Translations under genes and position numbers: made by a program
Shown: piece after piece, positions 14,101-26,600 of the stretch
How positions within the stretch are numbered: the first letter of the stretch is position 1
Layout of the letters: each line of letters begins with the position of its first letter
Source: Camelus dromedarius
Taxonomy: Eukaryota
Direction of reading: 5' to 3'
Length of the DNA: 64,000 nucleotides
NCBI RefSeq assembly: GCF_036321535.1
Contig: NC_087436.1
Span: forward strand, 11,718,001-11,782,000
The notes under the pieces: model-generated
Database searches by the model: none
What the model was told of the DNA's origin: nothing
What the model saw: only the letters and a program-made list of their open reading frames with translations

Positions 14101-14709
14101 CAAAGATGTTCCATTTACTTTGCCCTCTCTTTTCTCTTCCCTTGAAAGGAAAAGTAGGAGAGAACGTGTGTGTGTGTGTGTCTGTGTGCGTGTGCTCTTC
14201 TGCTAAAATTTCAAATATAACACAATTTTCATGGAAAAATCTCTTTGCAGGTCATCAGGTGTGTTGTTTGCACAGTGAGGTTTTTGGTTTCTGGGAGATA
14301 AATTGCATCCCACTTCTGAGTGAGTTCCTGAAGTCATCTTCAGCTGGGCTGAGCTGACCTGCGTGGTGTAGGAACTGCTGGTGTCAGCCTCAACCTCCAT
14401 TTGTACCTGGGGTCTGTCTGTCCGTCTTTGTATCTCCTACAACGTGGCTTTGATATAGCTCATAGAAACTGAGCCATCAAATATTAGGAAACCTCGGATG
14501 AGAAGTTAGGATAACAAAGAGGGTTAAAAAGATTGACTGAAACAGAATGTTTTAAATAGAAGAAGGAAGTAAGGCAAACTTGAAGACAAAAAGCATTGAA
14601 AAACAGTACAAGTCAGGTAGAAGATAAAGTTTAAAGATGAACTGGAAAGGCTATACAAAAATATTTAAATGTTATGAACATAATATGAATATAATTTTCC
14701 CCCACACTT

Positions 14710-14890
14710 AAATAATGCTTAGTATATGTCAAGCACTGTTCAAAGGTTTAACTCATCTAATCCTCAACCCCTGTGGCGTTGGTACTATTATTACCCCCTT
14801 TCTATAAATTAGGAAGTTGAGGCACAGAAAGAATAGTGATTTGTTCACTTATCTGAGAGATTGTAAGCTGCAAAACCAAGATATGAATAT
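14710..14890 (-). mobile_element. MIR SINE remnant
   Basis: CTCATCTAATCCTCAAC...GGTACTATTATTACCCC...AGGAAGTTGAGGCACAGA is the antisense MIR core. Confidence 0.7.
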
Positions 14891-15306
14891 ATATATTTAT
14901 ATAGCTCCACTGTTGAATAAATACAAAAAAATGAGTACAGTGAACACCATCTGCTTCATTCCCTTCTTCTGAACTGTTTCCTTTCTTCTTGCTTTTCTCC
15001 CTTTCCTTTTGGAGAACCCTCCTTCTTGCCATGTAGTTTGAGTGGGAGCCGCTGCCGTGTTCTAAAACACCCTCTCCCCTTGCTTCTAAAGTAAGCCTCT
15101 TCTCTACCCCACTATCCCTGATTCTACAATGAATTTCCAAATATCATGTCAGATTCTCAGCATTTTCATCAGGTAAAACAAGATCATCTCCCTTGGGGCA
15201 AATGATCATTTCAACATAAAAACGGAGCTGTATTAGAAATTAGATTTAAATGTTACTTCGAGCACTCATATTAGGTAACTTAGTTAACAGTAAGAATGTC
15301 ATTCTG

Positions 15307-15543
15307 TGGGAGGGGATAAATTGGAAGATGGAGATTTGCAGATACACACTATATGTATAAAATAGATACATAGTATTTTATACAGTAGCATTGGGAACTA
15401 TATTCAATATCTTGTGGTGACCTATAGTGGGCAAGAATATGAAATATGAAAATGAATGTGTGTATATGTGTGACTGAAACATTGTGCTGTGCACCAGAAA
15501 TTGACACAGCATTGTAAACTGACTGTAACACAGTAGTAAAAAT
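15307..15543 (+). mobile_element. Short 5'-truncated camelid-type L1 3' end with perfect 14-bp TSD
   Basis: L1 3' UTR (GAGATTTGCAGATAC...GCACCAGAAATTGACAC...GTAAACTGACT); AGAATGTCATTCTG at 15293-15306 and 15544-15557. Confidence 0.93.
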
Positions 15544-16599
15544 AGAATGTCATTCTGGTCTTTCCACATTATTTACTTCTTTGATTAGTCTGTAATCAAT
15601 TATAATATTAATATCAAACTGCTAAGAGTATGTACCAGTGAAGAATTTCTCAGACAATAACATTTGTCATAATATTTAGGATGATTAGCCTGCAAGCGAG
15701 GCACATACACACATACACACACCTTTAAATGGAGTGTGTTTATCTAGTAAATCAGTAAAGTTAGAAACTGAGTGTAAATAAATACTTTATATGGAGGGCA
15801 AATGGCGTTTCCTAGGTAGACCTGATTTGAGAGGAGTGAGAAGACTGAAGCAGTTCCTTTAGCTAAAGTATCTGGTCTTCATAAGCTTGGAGGAGGCTGC
15901 AGTTTTAAGATGGGTGGCCCATTTATCTTGAAAATCCAGTATTTTTTCTGAAGGAGGGGTTGCCATGGGGACAGAATGGCTTAGCAACTGAAGACTAATT
16001 TCATTGGTTGAGCGTCTGCAGCCTTGCTTGTGGAGTAGCATTAATATGTTGCCTCCTGCTGTTTTTTTTATTGAGGGGACCATCTGGCATTAGCCGTATT
16101 AAAGGTACAGTTCTGTTAGACAAAGAATACCGGGCGACATTCACTGAGGTGTTAAAAATAGGTTTGCTGGCATTAGTTGTTTTAACTAATCAGTGACTAA
16201 GAAGTTTTCTTTCTGATCACTGCCTATTATAGCCAACTAGTAATTCATAATTCTAGGCTATGACACTTTTAAAGGGCTTTGCTTTTGAGCTTGCTTCTGT
16301 TATACCAATTTAATTGCCTAAATATGCACCTTTACATGATCACACTCATTTTGATGAACCTAAAAATGAACCCATTTGATAAAATGTTCTCTCACGTGGT
16401 ATGTCCATAAACTATATAGTTAGAGATATATTTTTAAAATAGTGATTACTGAGGGTGTTTAATATGTTAGAGCATGAACAGTTGTCAGTTTTTCTTTTAC
16501 ACTTGAGGGGGACAAACATAATGGATTTTCAAGTAGGAAGTGGAAAGATGTCAAATGCATCTGTAATACAAATAACTATCCATTCTAAATAATGAATAT

Positions 16600-17630
16600 C
16601 TGTTGTGTATCTGTTAAGAGACACACTCTATTTTTAAGGAGCTTCCAATGTAGTAGGAAGGATAATGTCCATGTTCTGTACATGTTAATGATAATCAAGA
16701 GAGAATATGTCTTAATGGCTGGCAGTGTCTTAGAAGTACAGAGCTGAGTTTGAGATTAAAGAATGGAGGAGGACATTCAGTAGGAATACCAGGAAGTCCC
16801 AATGGAAAAAGTGGTGCCCGATTGGCCGGAATCTTAGCCAGCATAAGATAAAGGGAGAATTCTAGAAGAATTCTAGAAGAAGCAGTAGTCCTTAACATTA
16901 TAACCCCACCTCTCTAAGAGTGGGTTCCCCTATAATGTTCATCGAGTGCTGACAGCACACTTTGTGCATAGAGCCTACTGCGTGTGTAGAGGAAGCGAAG
17001 TCTTAACAGGTGGGCTTTAGCTGTATCATGATGCCCTTGGATGCCAGGCTGAGGGTTTAGACATCATCTGTTTGGCATTTTGTAGAAAAGGAAACTTACA
17101 GGTTGCTGGTTTACGAAGAAAGTAATGTGTATTTTTGACAGGTTTGGTGCCGTGTTGTGGACCAACCGCCCAGAGAGAGATGGGTGGTCCTTCATTTGAA
17201 ATGAGGATCTTCTATTTAAGGAGAGAGTTTTGAGGACAGAGGAAAAGATTTCAGACTCATTTGTGTGACTGGTGAAGGTGAAGGTGGTGCTTGTAGGTGA
17301 GACCATGGGACAAAGAAAACAAAGGAGAGAAGGTGTCTCAGGGCAGAACCTGAGGATGTGTTGATGGTTTTAAAGTTAGCGGTGGTAGATGAGAGCAGAG
17401 AAGTAGTCAGAGAAATAGGGACAATTGATACAATTCAGTGCCGTGGAAATCAAGGGAAGAGAGAGTTTCAAGGGCTGGAGGCAAAGGACGATGCCAGATT
17501 CCGTGAAGTTGGATGAAGCTGAGGACTTGGTAAAGGTTATGTGCGTGGGCTGGTTGGAGTTGACTGGTGCTGTTGGGGGGGGGCAGGAGCCAGACAGAGG
17601 AAGAAGGAGTGAGTGGAGGGTGGATGCCCC
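16600..17630 (-). mobile_element. Decayed L2 LINE (antisense)
   Basis: Purine-rich L2 motifs: GGATGCCAGGCTGAGGGTTTAGAC, GGGCAGAACCTGAGG, GGAAATCAAGGGAAGAGAGAGTTTCAAGG, GGCAGGAGCCAGAC. Confidence 0.6.
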
Positions 17631-17649
17631 TCCAACACTAATGTTCTGT

Positions 17650-18290
17650 TACCCATCGGTCAAACCAAGGTTCTTGAAAGACTAATCTTCTCTCTCCACC
17701 TCTTCATTGAACATTCATTCCAAACGCATGGCAGTGTGGCTTGACTGCGTCTCTCTGTTGAAATTGTTGGCATGAAGGGCCCTGGTGACTTCTTAACAGG
17801 GTGTCCTTGTGTCCTGGTTTGCATGGGGACGAGATTCTGTGGTCCTGGGGTGTTTATTAATAGAGCCCTCTTCCTTTCTCAAAACTTCAGGTTTGGATGG
17901 TACATTCTGAGTCACCCTAGCTCTTAGCCAACAATTCCAGTGAGCGGTTTTCAACTTTATCTTACTTGACCTAGTTTAATTTTAAATTCCTTTTCTTTGA
18001 CTTGTGCTGGATGACTCTCCTGGCTCTCCTCATATCTTCCGAGTCTTTCTTGAGGTCTCTTTTTCTTCTCTCCACCCTTTAAGTGGTGGCATTGCTCAGA
18101 GTTCTGTTCTTGTTTTTCTCTCTTCTTTCTCTTTCTTGCATAAGCCATTCTTTGTGGACAAGCTCACTCATAGAGACAGCTGTAGCAAACTGTAGGCCAA
18201 AGACTGCAAAATATAGCTCTGGTTTCTCCCCTTGAGCTTCAGATTTGCACATTCATCTGTCTAGTGGACACTTTCACTGTAAGAGAAGTT
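17650..18290 (+). mobile_element. Decayed L2 LINE (sense)
   Basis: Pyrimidine-rich L2 motifs: CTCAGAGTTCTGTTCTTG, CCAAAGACTGCAAAATATAGCTC, GAGCTTCAGATTTGCACATTCATCTGTCTAGTGGACA. Confidence 0.55.
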
Positions 18291-18520
18291 TAACATGTGG
18301 GCAAGAATTTGAGTGTTGGGGTAAGACAGACAGATTGTCAGCTGTGCTTAGAGACCTTGCAGAAGATACTTAATTTCTCTGGGCTTAATGTTCATTCTGT
18401 CACATCAGGAAATCTATCACACGTGGTTTGTGTGGGGAGAGAGTGAGATAGCACGGGTACCAAGTTTTACATAGTTCACGGTATACAACATCATTTAATA
18501 AATAATGAGGATTGTTATGA
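18291..18520 (+). mobile_element. MIR remnant
   Basis: GACCTTGCAGAAGATACTTAATTTCTCTGGGCTTAATGTTCATTCTGT resembles the MIR core. Confidence 0.5.
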
Positions 18521-20379
18521 TTCTCCAACCCTTATACTCCTCCTGAATTTCCTGTCTTGATGAGATGTGAAATACTCATCTGTCTGAGTAGAGGCAGGTC
18601 CATGTTTGGGGGAACTGGAAATGTCTTTGGAAAGACTGGGTAGTACCACAATATATGAGACCCTGAAAACTGGACAGAGACACTTAGATACGGTGGTGGG
18701 TAATAGGGGCTTCTGTGGGCTTTTAAGTATAAGGGTGACTATAAGAAGTGGTGTTTCAGTACAATTACTTAATTTATCATCAAGACAGATGTATTAAAAG
18801 TGAGCGCAGAGAGGATGGCCAGGAGGCTGTTGAAATACCAGTGGCATAATTCTATGAGGACGTAGAAGAGGGTGGTGACAAAGGGATAAAGAGGAAACAC
18901 TAGGTAGGGGAAGGTGATAAATCTATAGATTATTTCATTTTTGGTATCAGTTCTTTGGAAGAATGTAACTTCATTTTCATCAATAGGATATATTTATTAA
19001 AGATTTAGTAAGGCTTTTTTATAGAACATGATACGATTGTTTTGAGTCAATCTATTTGTGATAGAGAAGGAAAATGTGTTAATCATAATGAGGGCGAACG
19101 TTTTCAGCCTTGTTCATCCACTATTTACTTAGATGTTAACTTGCTTCTTCAGATTTTGCATGACCTCTGTAAATGGTTGGTTCCTTTTGTGATGCCTTTA
19201 TGATTCTCATAGGTACAGAGACTTCTCCTGATACATAATTCACTGTTGGGGATGTTTGTACCTTACGTGATTCTGGCCTGTTACATGATACCATGTGAAT
19301 TCAGATATAAACTTTCAAACGTATCACAGAAAGATTATCTCTACTGAAGAGGAAGGCTTCAATATGGAAGCTAAGAAATTTGGCAAGGTGAAGAATGGAA
19401 AGGAGAAAACTGCCTATGTCTTTAAAAATTCTTGTAACATTTTTTCTTTTTCTTTGCAATAATTATTGTCTTGAAATCTGGAATGGAAATCACCAGACTT
19501 CCTCCTCTTTTCAAGATTCGAAACGAGCAGACGTTGGGAAATACTTGGTCCTGAACATAAGTGCAGAGACACCAAATTTGAGCTCAGATTTAAAAAGACT
19601 AGCACAGGGAAAGAACTAAAAATGAATGGTGATTATGAAGAGTATTTAGATTACTGCTTGATCCTTTCATAGTTCTGTGTACCTATTTAGACAAGGCATT
19701 AAAAGGAAAAAGCTGAAGGGTGAGTGGTTGGTTTATGATGTGCATCTATCACAAAGGAACCCATCACCACCTACCATTACAGCAAAGGTTCAAGTGAGCT
19801 AAGCTTGAAAAGAAGACGGTGTAAGGCATTTAAGATAAAAATGTCTGCATAATTGAGGCCATGAAACATGTGTTCCAGAAGACAACTTACTAGAAATGCG
19901 TTAAATAAAAACTAATGTTTGCATACTGGTGGGGAAGTTGTGTGGCATGGTATGAAGAATGTTGGAGAAGTCTATTTTTGTAAAATCTGGGAGTTGAAAT
20001 AGACACCTAGGGCTCCAGCTCCAAAATCTTGCCATTACTATTAATATGACAATGATTTAATGGTTGAACAAAATTTAAATCTACAGTAGATGCCCTGGGG
20101 GTTTTGTTTCCTGGTTTGCTAATAACCTGAACAGAGGAGGTCAATAGCCCCTTGTAATTCACGCTTCCAATCGCATTTTCATCTGTTCTTTTGATTTTTT
20201 GTGATACATTATAATCAAGAGTATAATTGAACTGACTTCGAAGTTTCTTCCGAGATTTGAGAATCATGTTCTAATGACTGTCCTAAATGCTGTATCCTAA
20301 AACTTGCTTCTTTTATTTTCATGGCTGAAAATCTTTGCTATTATTATTATTACAGTGTATTTATTACAGTAAGTTTTGT

Positions 20380-21655
20380 TTGTTGTGATAGATAATCACA
20401 GCTGAACAATTCACCCATTACAGGGTAAAACTCAGTGGTTTTAGTGTATTCCCCGTGCTGTGCAGCCATCAGCGCCGTCACTTTTAGAGCATTTTCATCA
20501 CTGTGATGAGGAGCTCTGTAACCATCAGCAGTCATTCTCCATTTCCCCGCTTCCTCCCCACCTTTCCCCACCAGCCCTCAGCAACCACAGAGTGGAGGTT
20601 TGTCTCTAGATTTGCCTGTTCTAGGTACTTCGTATCCATGGGATCATACGATATGTGGTCTTTTGTTACTGGCTTCTTTGATGTAGCATGGTAATGTTCT
20701 CAGGATTCATTCATGTTGGAGAGGGTGTCAGTATGTAATTCAGTCTCATTGCCAAATAATATTTCTTTATATGGATAGTCCACAACTTACCCATTCACCA
20801 GGTGATAGACAATTGGATTGTCTTCCACTTTTTGATGATTTTGAACAATGCTGCTGTGAACATTCATGAACCAGTTTTTCCTGTGGGCATGTGTGGTCAT
20901 TTCTTTGGGGTATTTTCCTAGCAGAGAAATCACTGGGTCATGTTGAATTCTTTGCTTAACATTTCTAGGAATGCCAGACTGTTTTCCAAAGTGGCTGCAC
21001 CACTTTACTTTCCTACCTGCCATTCGTCCATGAAGATTCCAGTTTTTCCCTGTCCTCCTGACTTTGGTATTTCCTGTCATTTTCACATGGCCATCCTGGG
21101 TGTGAAATGGTATCTCACTGCTATTTGGTTTGCGTTTCTCTAATGGCTAGTGATGCTGAGCATCTTTTCATGTGCTCGTTGGCCATAGGCATGTCTTCTT
21201 CGGAGAAATGTCTTTTCAAATCTTTTGCCCATTTTTCATTGGGCTATTTGTCTTTTTATTGTTGAGTTGTAAGATTTCTTTATATATTCTGGAATCGAGT
21301 CCATCCTCAGACCTATGATATGGAAACTTTTACTCCTATTCTGTGGCTTGTCTTTTTACCTTTTTGATGGTGTTTGAAACCCAAATGTTTTAAATTTTGA
21401 TGTAATCCAATTTACCTATTTTATCTTTTGTTCCTTGTATTCTTGGTGTTGTATCTAAGAAACTGTTGCCTAATCCAGGGTCACAAAGATTTATACCTCT
21501 ATTTTCGTCTGAGAGTTTCATAGTTTTAACTCTTTTACTTCGGTCTTTGATCCACTTTGAGGTAATTTGTATATGCTGTAAGATAGGGGTCTAACTTCCT
21601 TCTTTTGCAGGTGGATATCCAGTTGTCCCAGCACTGTTTATGGAAGACTATTCTC
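20380..21655 (-). mobile_element. L1MB-type (L1MB7/8-like) LINE-1 3' portion
   Basis: Antisense 3' end AATTCACCCATT...CTCAGTGGTTTTAGTGTATT...TTTTAGAGCATTTTCATCAC; ORF 20787-21086(-) is a degenerate ORF2 C-terminus (HDPVISLLGKYPKEM). Confidence 0.9.
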
Positions 21656-22383
21656 TTAGGAAATAACCCTCCTTCACAAAAGTTCCACCTGTCACAAATG
21701 GGTTTTACTGGTTTCCCCAGGTGTCAGGGATAACTCTGTGAGGACAAACTTCTCTAAATCCCAGAGTATCATATAAGAGGAAAGTTATTTATTTCCAACT
21801 GAGAAGAGTTATTTAGCAAATAATTGCTATAGCATGAGGTTTACATGGGAACCATAACTTATTCCCAGTGAGTATGGCAGGATGTGGGAGAGTGATGGGA
21901 TATTTATCTTTAACAAAGAATGGAATTTTCATTGTGGCAAAGATATGGTAGGAATTTGAGATGACAGGAGGGTCTCTATGAGACAGAGCAGTCAGGATTA
22001 CTGGCCGGGCATGTTTCCCCATTGGTGTTTTATGTGACTTTCCCCTTAATCCATCATCTGTATCTCTCAGTGGTGATGGCTTGCAGATACCTTGCCGTTT
22101 TGTTCCCAGTGGTTGTGTCTATTCTCATTCCATTCAGTTCGTTTTGTTCAGTTAAGTAAGTACAGAGGGCAAAGTATTTTCACAGTGTTCACTGGGCACC
22201 AGAGCTCAAAGACACAAAATATAAAGATAGTACTATTTACTGAGGACTTATTGTATAATATTCAGAGATGAGGAGAGGCAACTCAGAGATGTCAGATGAC
22301 TTGCTTAATGTCGTCAGTGGTATAGTAGGGATTAAAACCCTTAGATTGTCTCCTTCTAAAACCCCAGACCTGTTCAAATACAC

Positions 22384-22570
22384 CAGAGGTTCTCAAACTT
22401 GATTCTGCATCCAAATCGCCTAGAGGACCTGTTGAAATGTAGGTGCTGGGCCCCACCCCTTGAGTTTCTGATTCAGTAAGTCTCGTTTGGGACCTGACAT
22501 TTTGCATTTCTAACAGGTTTCCAGGGATGCTGATGCCGCTGGTCCAGGGACCACACTTTGAGAGCCATCG
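22384..22570 (-). mobile_element. MER5A-type hAT-Charlie MITE
   Basis: TIR-like ends CAGAGGTTCTCAAA and TTTGAGAGCCATCG; internal GGGCCCCACCCC...GTTTCTGATTCAGTA...TGCATTTCTAACA...GATGCTGATGC. Confidence 0.88.
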
Positions 22571-25500
22571 TGAGATCCTGTCATGACTGCCCTGTGTATG
22601 ATTCCTGATTCTCAGAGAGCTTTCAGTGGGGACATAGGGGACTGGAGAGAAAATAATATAAAATCAACAATGGTTACAAAGGGCGAAGAGGGCACAGAGG
22701 AAGGAGATGTTAATTCTGATTAGATGGTTGGAATAAGTTCCTGTAGGAGATTATGGGAATGGATTTGTTCATGGATAATCTCAAGCCTTTGACTCTAATT
22801 GGTGAAATCACAGAGCAGAACTATCCTTTCTTGAGTTTGTTTTGTCACAAATAGAGCAGCTGAGCTCTTGAGTGCTTGGGAAAGCTCATCGCGGTGGTGG
22901 TGGGGGAGGTTTGGAGTGGTTGATGGAGAAGTGCAGAGGGAGCTGCCGGATTACGAGACTGAATCAGGAAAGTTAACATGAGTGAGGCTAGTTTGACCCC
23001 TCTACACAGTCTGGTTCAGTGAATTGGTGCCATTTCTGAGAGCCAAAAATAAGGAATGGATTTAATTTGATGATTCTTTTTGGCTTTCAGTCTTTCAAAG
23101 TACAAATGAAATCTTGATAAAGAAAATACTAAAATAGTATATCTAAAAAAACCCAGCACTATGTCAATGCTATTCCAAGAAGCTGTGAAATACCGTGGTG
23201 ATCTCATCCTGCAGCAAACCTGGATGGGCCAGTCTTTATTGAATTGTTTTACATCTAGTTTATTTAGACTTTATGCTCACCCAGTAACCTCCATATTGCA
23301 GAGTTCTGTAAATTCACTGCAGAATCCGTACTAATGTGGTTTACAGAATCTCAGCATTGTGTACCAATTATTCCTCTCTCTGTCAACCTCTTTCTATACA
23401 AGGCTTTTTAATTAGTTAATTTTAAAAATCAGAGATCTTAATAGATTGGTCTTGAACTGTACGAATAATTCACTCAGAAGAACAACTTCAATTTATGAAG
23501 TATCAAAAAAATAGCCATTGAAGCCCAGAGCTATGAACTGACCCCTTTTTGATGCCACCTGATGATTAATAGTCCTGTTCACGCTGTGCCCAAAGTGGAA
23601 CCCATATCCTCACTGGGTGAGTAAACAAGAAACCAGTCCCTCTTTCGGCTGCCAAGACCTAGCTATTAATGGAGATTTATTTTTATTACACATTTAGAAT
23701 CTTGTCATACCAAAAGGTGCTAAAATAGAATCTCAGTACTACTTGATTTAAGAGGCAGAGGTTTTTTTTATAAGCTTATAGCCATTTAAAAGAAAGAATG
23801 AAAGAAAGAAAAGATAACAATGGGGAGTGGACCAAATTTGTCTTCACATTTGTTCCTTTCCAAAAATGGAAGATGAAATAACTTATTAGAAGACATTTTA
23901 AAGGCTTAGTTGAAAACCTGGGATTAGTTTAGAGAATGAGAAAATCTTGCTCTAAACTTCTTTTCATTTATGGTGCTGCCATGCCTCTTAGGTACGTGAG
24001 CGTGAGTGTGAGTGTGTGTGTGTGTGTGTTGGGGTTCCCTTTCTGTGGATGCTGAAGGCCAGCAGTTCAGCAGAAAGCCTGGTTTGGGGGTGTCACAGGC
24101 AATTTCCTGACTGCACTGGGAGATGAGTACAGAACCAGGAGAGTGGTGACTGGAGGACATTACACAGCCATTCAGACCTGAAGGAAACAGGGGAGCGATT
24201 ATTTCAATATTATCTTAGGGGATCTTGACCACTCTGCTATTTTTAAGATAAAAATTTAGCTCATAGTTTCGGAGAGTTGGCCTTTTTCCTCTCTTTTTTC
24301 CTCCTCTGTCAAATGATTGAAACAAAGATGTGTTATTAGAAAGGGAGGTTTTTTGTTTTTTGTTTTTTTTTGAAGTCACATAAGAGAAATGCTGTCAGTA
24401 CTTGTTTATAGAAAAATGGACTTTCTTGGTCAGTGTTTTCCTCCATCCTCCCCATCTTCGATTCCTTTTCCCTTTCTCCCTCCCTTTGCTCCCTCCCCCC
24501 ATCTCCTGCCTCCTTCCCACTCCTTCCCCTCAACTTCCCATGATCCTTGTTTGGTTGAGTTTATCTCATCCTGGAGCTCACAGCCAACCACCTGGTGGAA
24601 TCCACTTGACATTCTATGCAGTTGGTCAGTCGATGTCATAGAAATTGCTAACTGATTGGCCAAGAGCAGCCTTGATCAATGAACGGCCCTTCCCTTCCTT
24701 ATTCTCCATTGCCTGAAGATGGAAACCAGCTTTCTCCTCTTTTCATAGGTCTGGCCACTGGATTCTAATTCTTTATAGTACACTTGGAAACCTTGTGATG
24801 TGCGTGGAGCCCCTTTCTCATGGGAATCTAGATACCTGTCAGGGTGTGGGATACACGGCAGACACATTTTGTTGATCTGATCAAATGCAATAATTTTATT
24901 CAAAGTGTAGAGTCTACTCTTATTACTGTATATGGTAAATTGTTCAGTGGATTCTGGTTCTGCTAGATGAAGCACTTCACCTGTGGCTGATGGTCTGAGG
25001 AGAAAACCTCTCTTTACTGGAGGGAGTGGGGAGAAAAGCAGTGTCTGGGAGAGTGGGTCCAAGTGTCTCTAAATTCCTCCACGGGAATGAATCCCTCTCT
25101 TTGAAAATGAAAACAGTTTGCGTCCACAGCAGAATCATCTTTTTTTTTAATAATCATTCCTCCTTCTGGTACAGCAAGTGGCTGAGCTAGTTTGTCCCGT
25201 AAAGGTCTTAAATGTCCATGCAAGGGACAGCTTTCCTAGTGGACATCATCTGTCCACATGTACAGGAGGTTCAGGTGATTTTAGAGGGCACTTGGGCCCC
25301 AGCCCGCCTGAAACATAGGGTTTACAAATGCATTCAAAGAAGAGGTTTTGTTTGAAAGAGTAAAGCACATTGTAGAAAAGTTAAGGAAGAAACAAAGGAG
25401 AAGGATGTCAACTTACTTTTATGTGTAAAAGAACAGATGTGCTGTCAACAGAGATTGTGGATTTTTTTTTTAGTACAATAGTCGGTGGGGAAAATTGTTG

Positions 25501-25659
25501 ACATTAAATACATTTTATAGTCATAGTGACACCTTTCAATTACATAGTCTTTTATAATTTTCAAATTAATATTAACAGTAGTAAGGACTTCTCATACCAG
25601 GCACAGTTCTAGATGCTGGAGATAAAGCAATAAATAAAATAAAATTATAATCTCTCAAA

Positions 25660-25815
25660 ATATTTCGGGAATCAGGTACAGGCATTATCTCTATTTCACA
25701 TATTAGGAAACCGAGGCACAGAGAGGTGATGTAACCTGCCCAAGGTTTCTCAGAGGAAGCAGAGGAGACTGAATTGGAACCCAGACCTCCTTACCGCCCA
25801 GCCTGTGCTCCTGAG
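25660..25815 (-). mobile_element. MIR SINE remnant
   Basis: AGGAAACCGAGGCACAGAGAGGTGATGTAACCTGCCCAAGGT...GAACCCAG. Confidence 0.8.
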
Positions 25816-25999
25816 CTCCGCGCAGTCAGCACCGCGCATGTGCGGACGTCTTAGCCTTACAACAGCCGGTGAACCAGCAGGCGGGGCAGCTAGTTTTCTT
25901 CATATTTAACAATAGGAAAAAATTAAAAATTTAGGAAGTGACCTATTTGAAGTCGTACGTCAGGGAGAAGTTCCAGAGTTTCCTCCTCCATCTCTTTTT

Positions 26000-26177
26000 G
26001 TTGTTGAAATTTTTAAATCAAAAAAAAAAAAATTCTTACTTTTTAAACTGTTTATGGTGGGTAGGTAATTAGGTCTGTTTATTTGATTGTTTATCTATTT
26101 ATTTAATGGAGGATTGAACCCAGGACCTCGTGCATGCTAAGCACGTGCTTTATCGCTGAGCTGTGTCTTCCCTCCCC
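26000..26177 (-). mobile_element. tRNA-derived camelid SINE (Vic-1-like)
   Basis: Minus strand reads GGGGAGGG...AGCTCAGCGATAAAGCACGTGCTTAGCATGCACGAGGTCCTGGGTTCAATCC (A box; B box at 26111-26120), then an AT-rich body with CCTAATTACC. Left boundary approximate. Confidence 0.85.
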
Positions 26178-26414
26178 CTGTCTCTCTTGCGTGATTAACG
26201 CCCCAGTCCCCTCATTGGCTTCCCAGCCTCTTACCAGCACGGCCCGCCACCCGCTTCTCCCCACCATCGCAGAGTGAAACACAGATCTGTGCAGCTTCTC
26301 TGCTCAAATCCCTCCAGTGATCCGCGTGTCGTCTCAGGTCAGACCGAACTTCTCAGCACGCACTCTCTCTTTTTAAAAATTGAGATGTAATTGAAATGCA
26401 ATGTATAACGGAGA

Positions 26415-26600
26415 GTGTGAGGGCCTTTGGAATCAGATGGCTCCTCATTGAATTCCAGCTTTGTCACTTATTACTTTTGAGACTTTGTCAGTTACTTAAA
26501 CATTCTGAGCGTGTTGTCTTAAATAAAAGAGCAGGGATCACTAAAATGGCTTGGAAACTTTTGTGTGGGAAACTGACTTGTAAGTAGATAATTAGGGCAC
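26415..26600 (+). mobile_element. MIR remnant
   Basis: GGCCTTTGGAATCAGA...TTGAATTCCAGCTTTGTCACTTATTACT...GACTTTGTCAGTTACTTAA. Confidence 0.65.

Noticed and set aside
16857..16881. GAATTCTAGAA twice, as a heat-shock element
   Set aside because: The GAA/TTC spacing is not the canonical three-unit HSE; it is an 11-bp duplication in an L2 remnant.
24440..24545. Polypyrimidine tract and the overlapping Pro/Ser-rich or Gly/Glu-rich ORFs
   Set aside because: Low-complexity sequence explains the ORFs; no clear mirror repeat for H-DNA.
26105..26177. tRNA gene
   Set aside because: It is the tRNA-derived head of a SINE, with a degenerate cloverleaf and a SINE tail.
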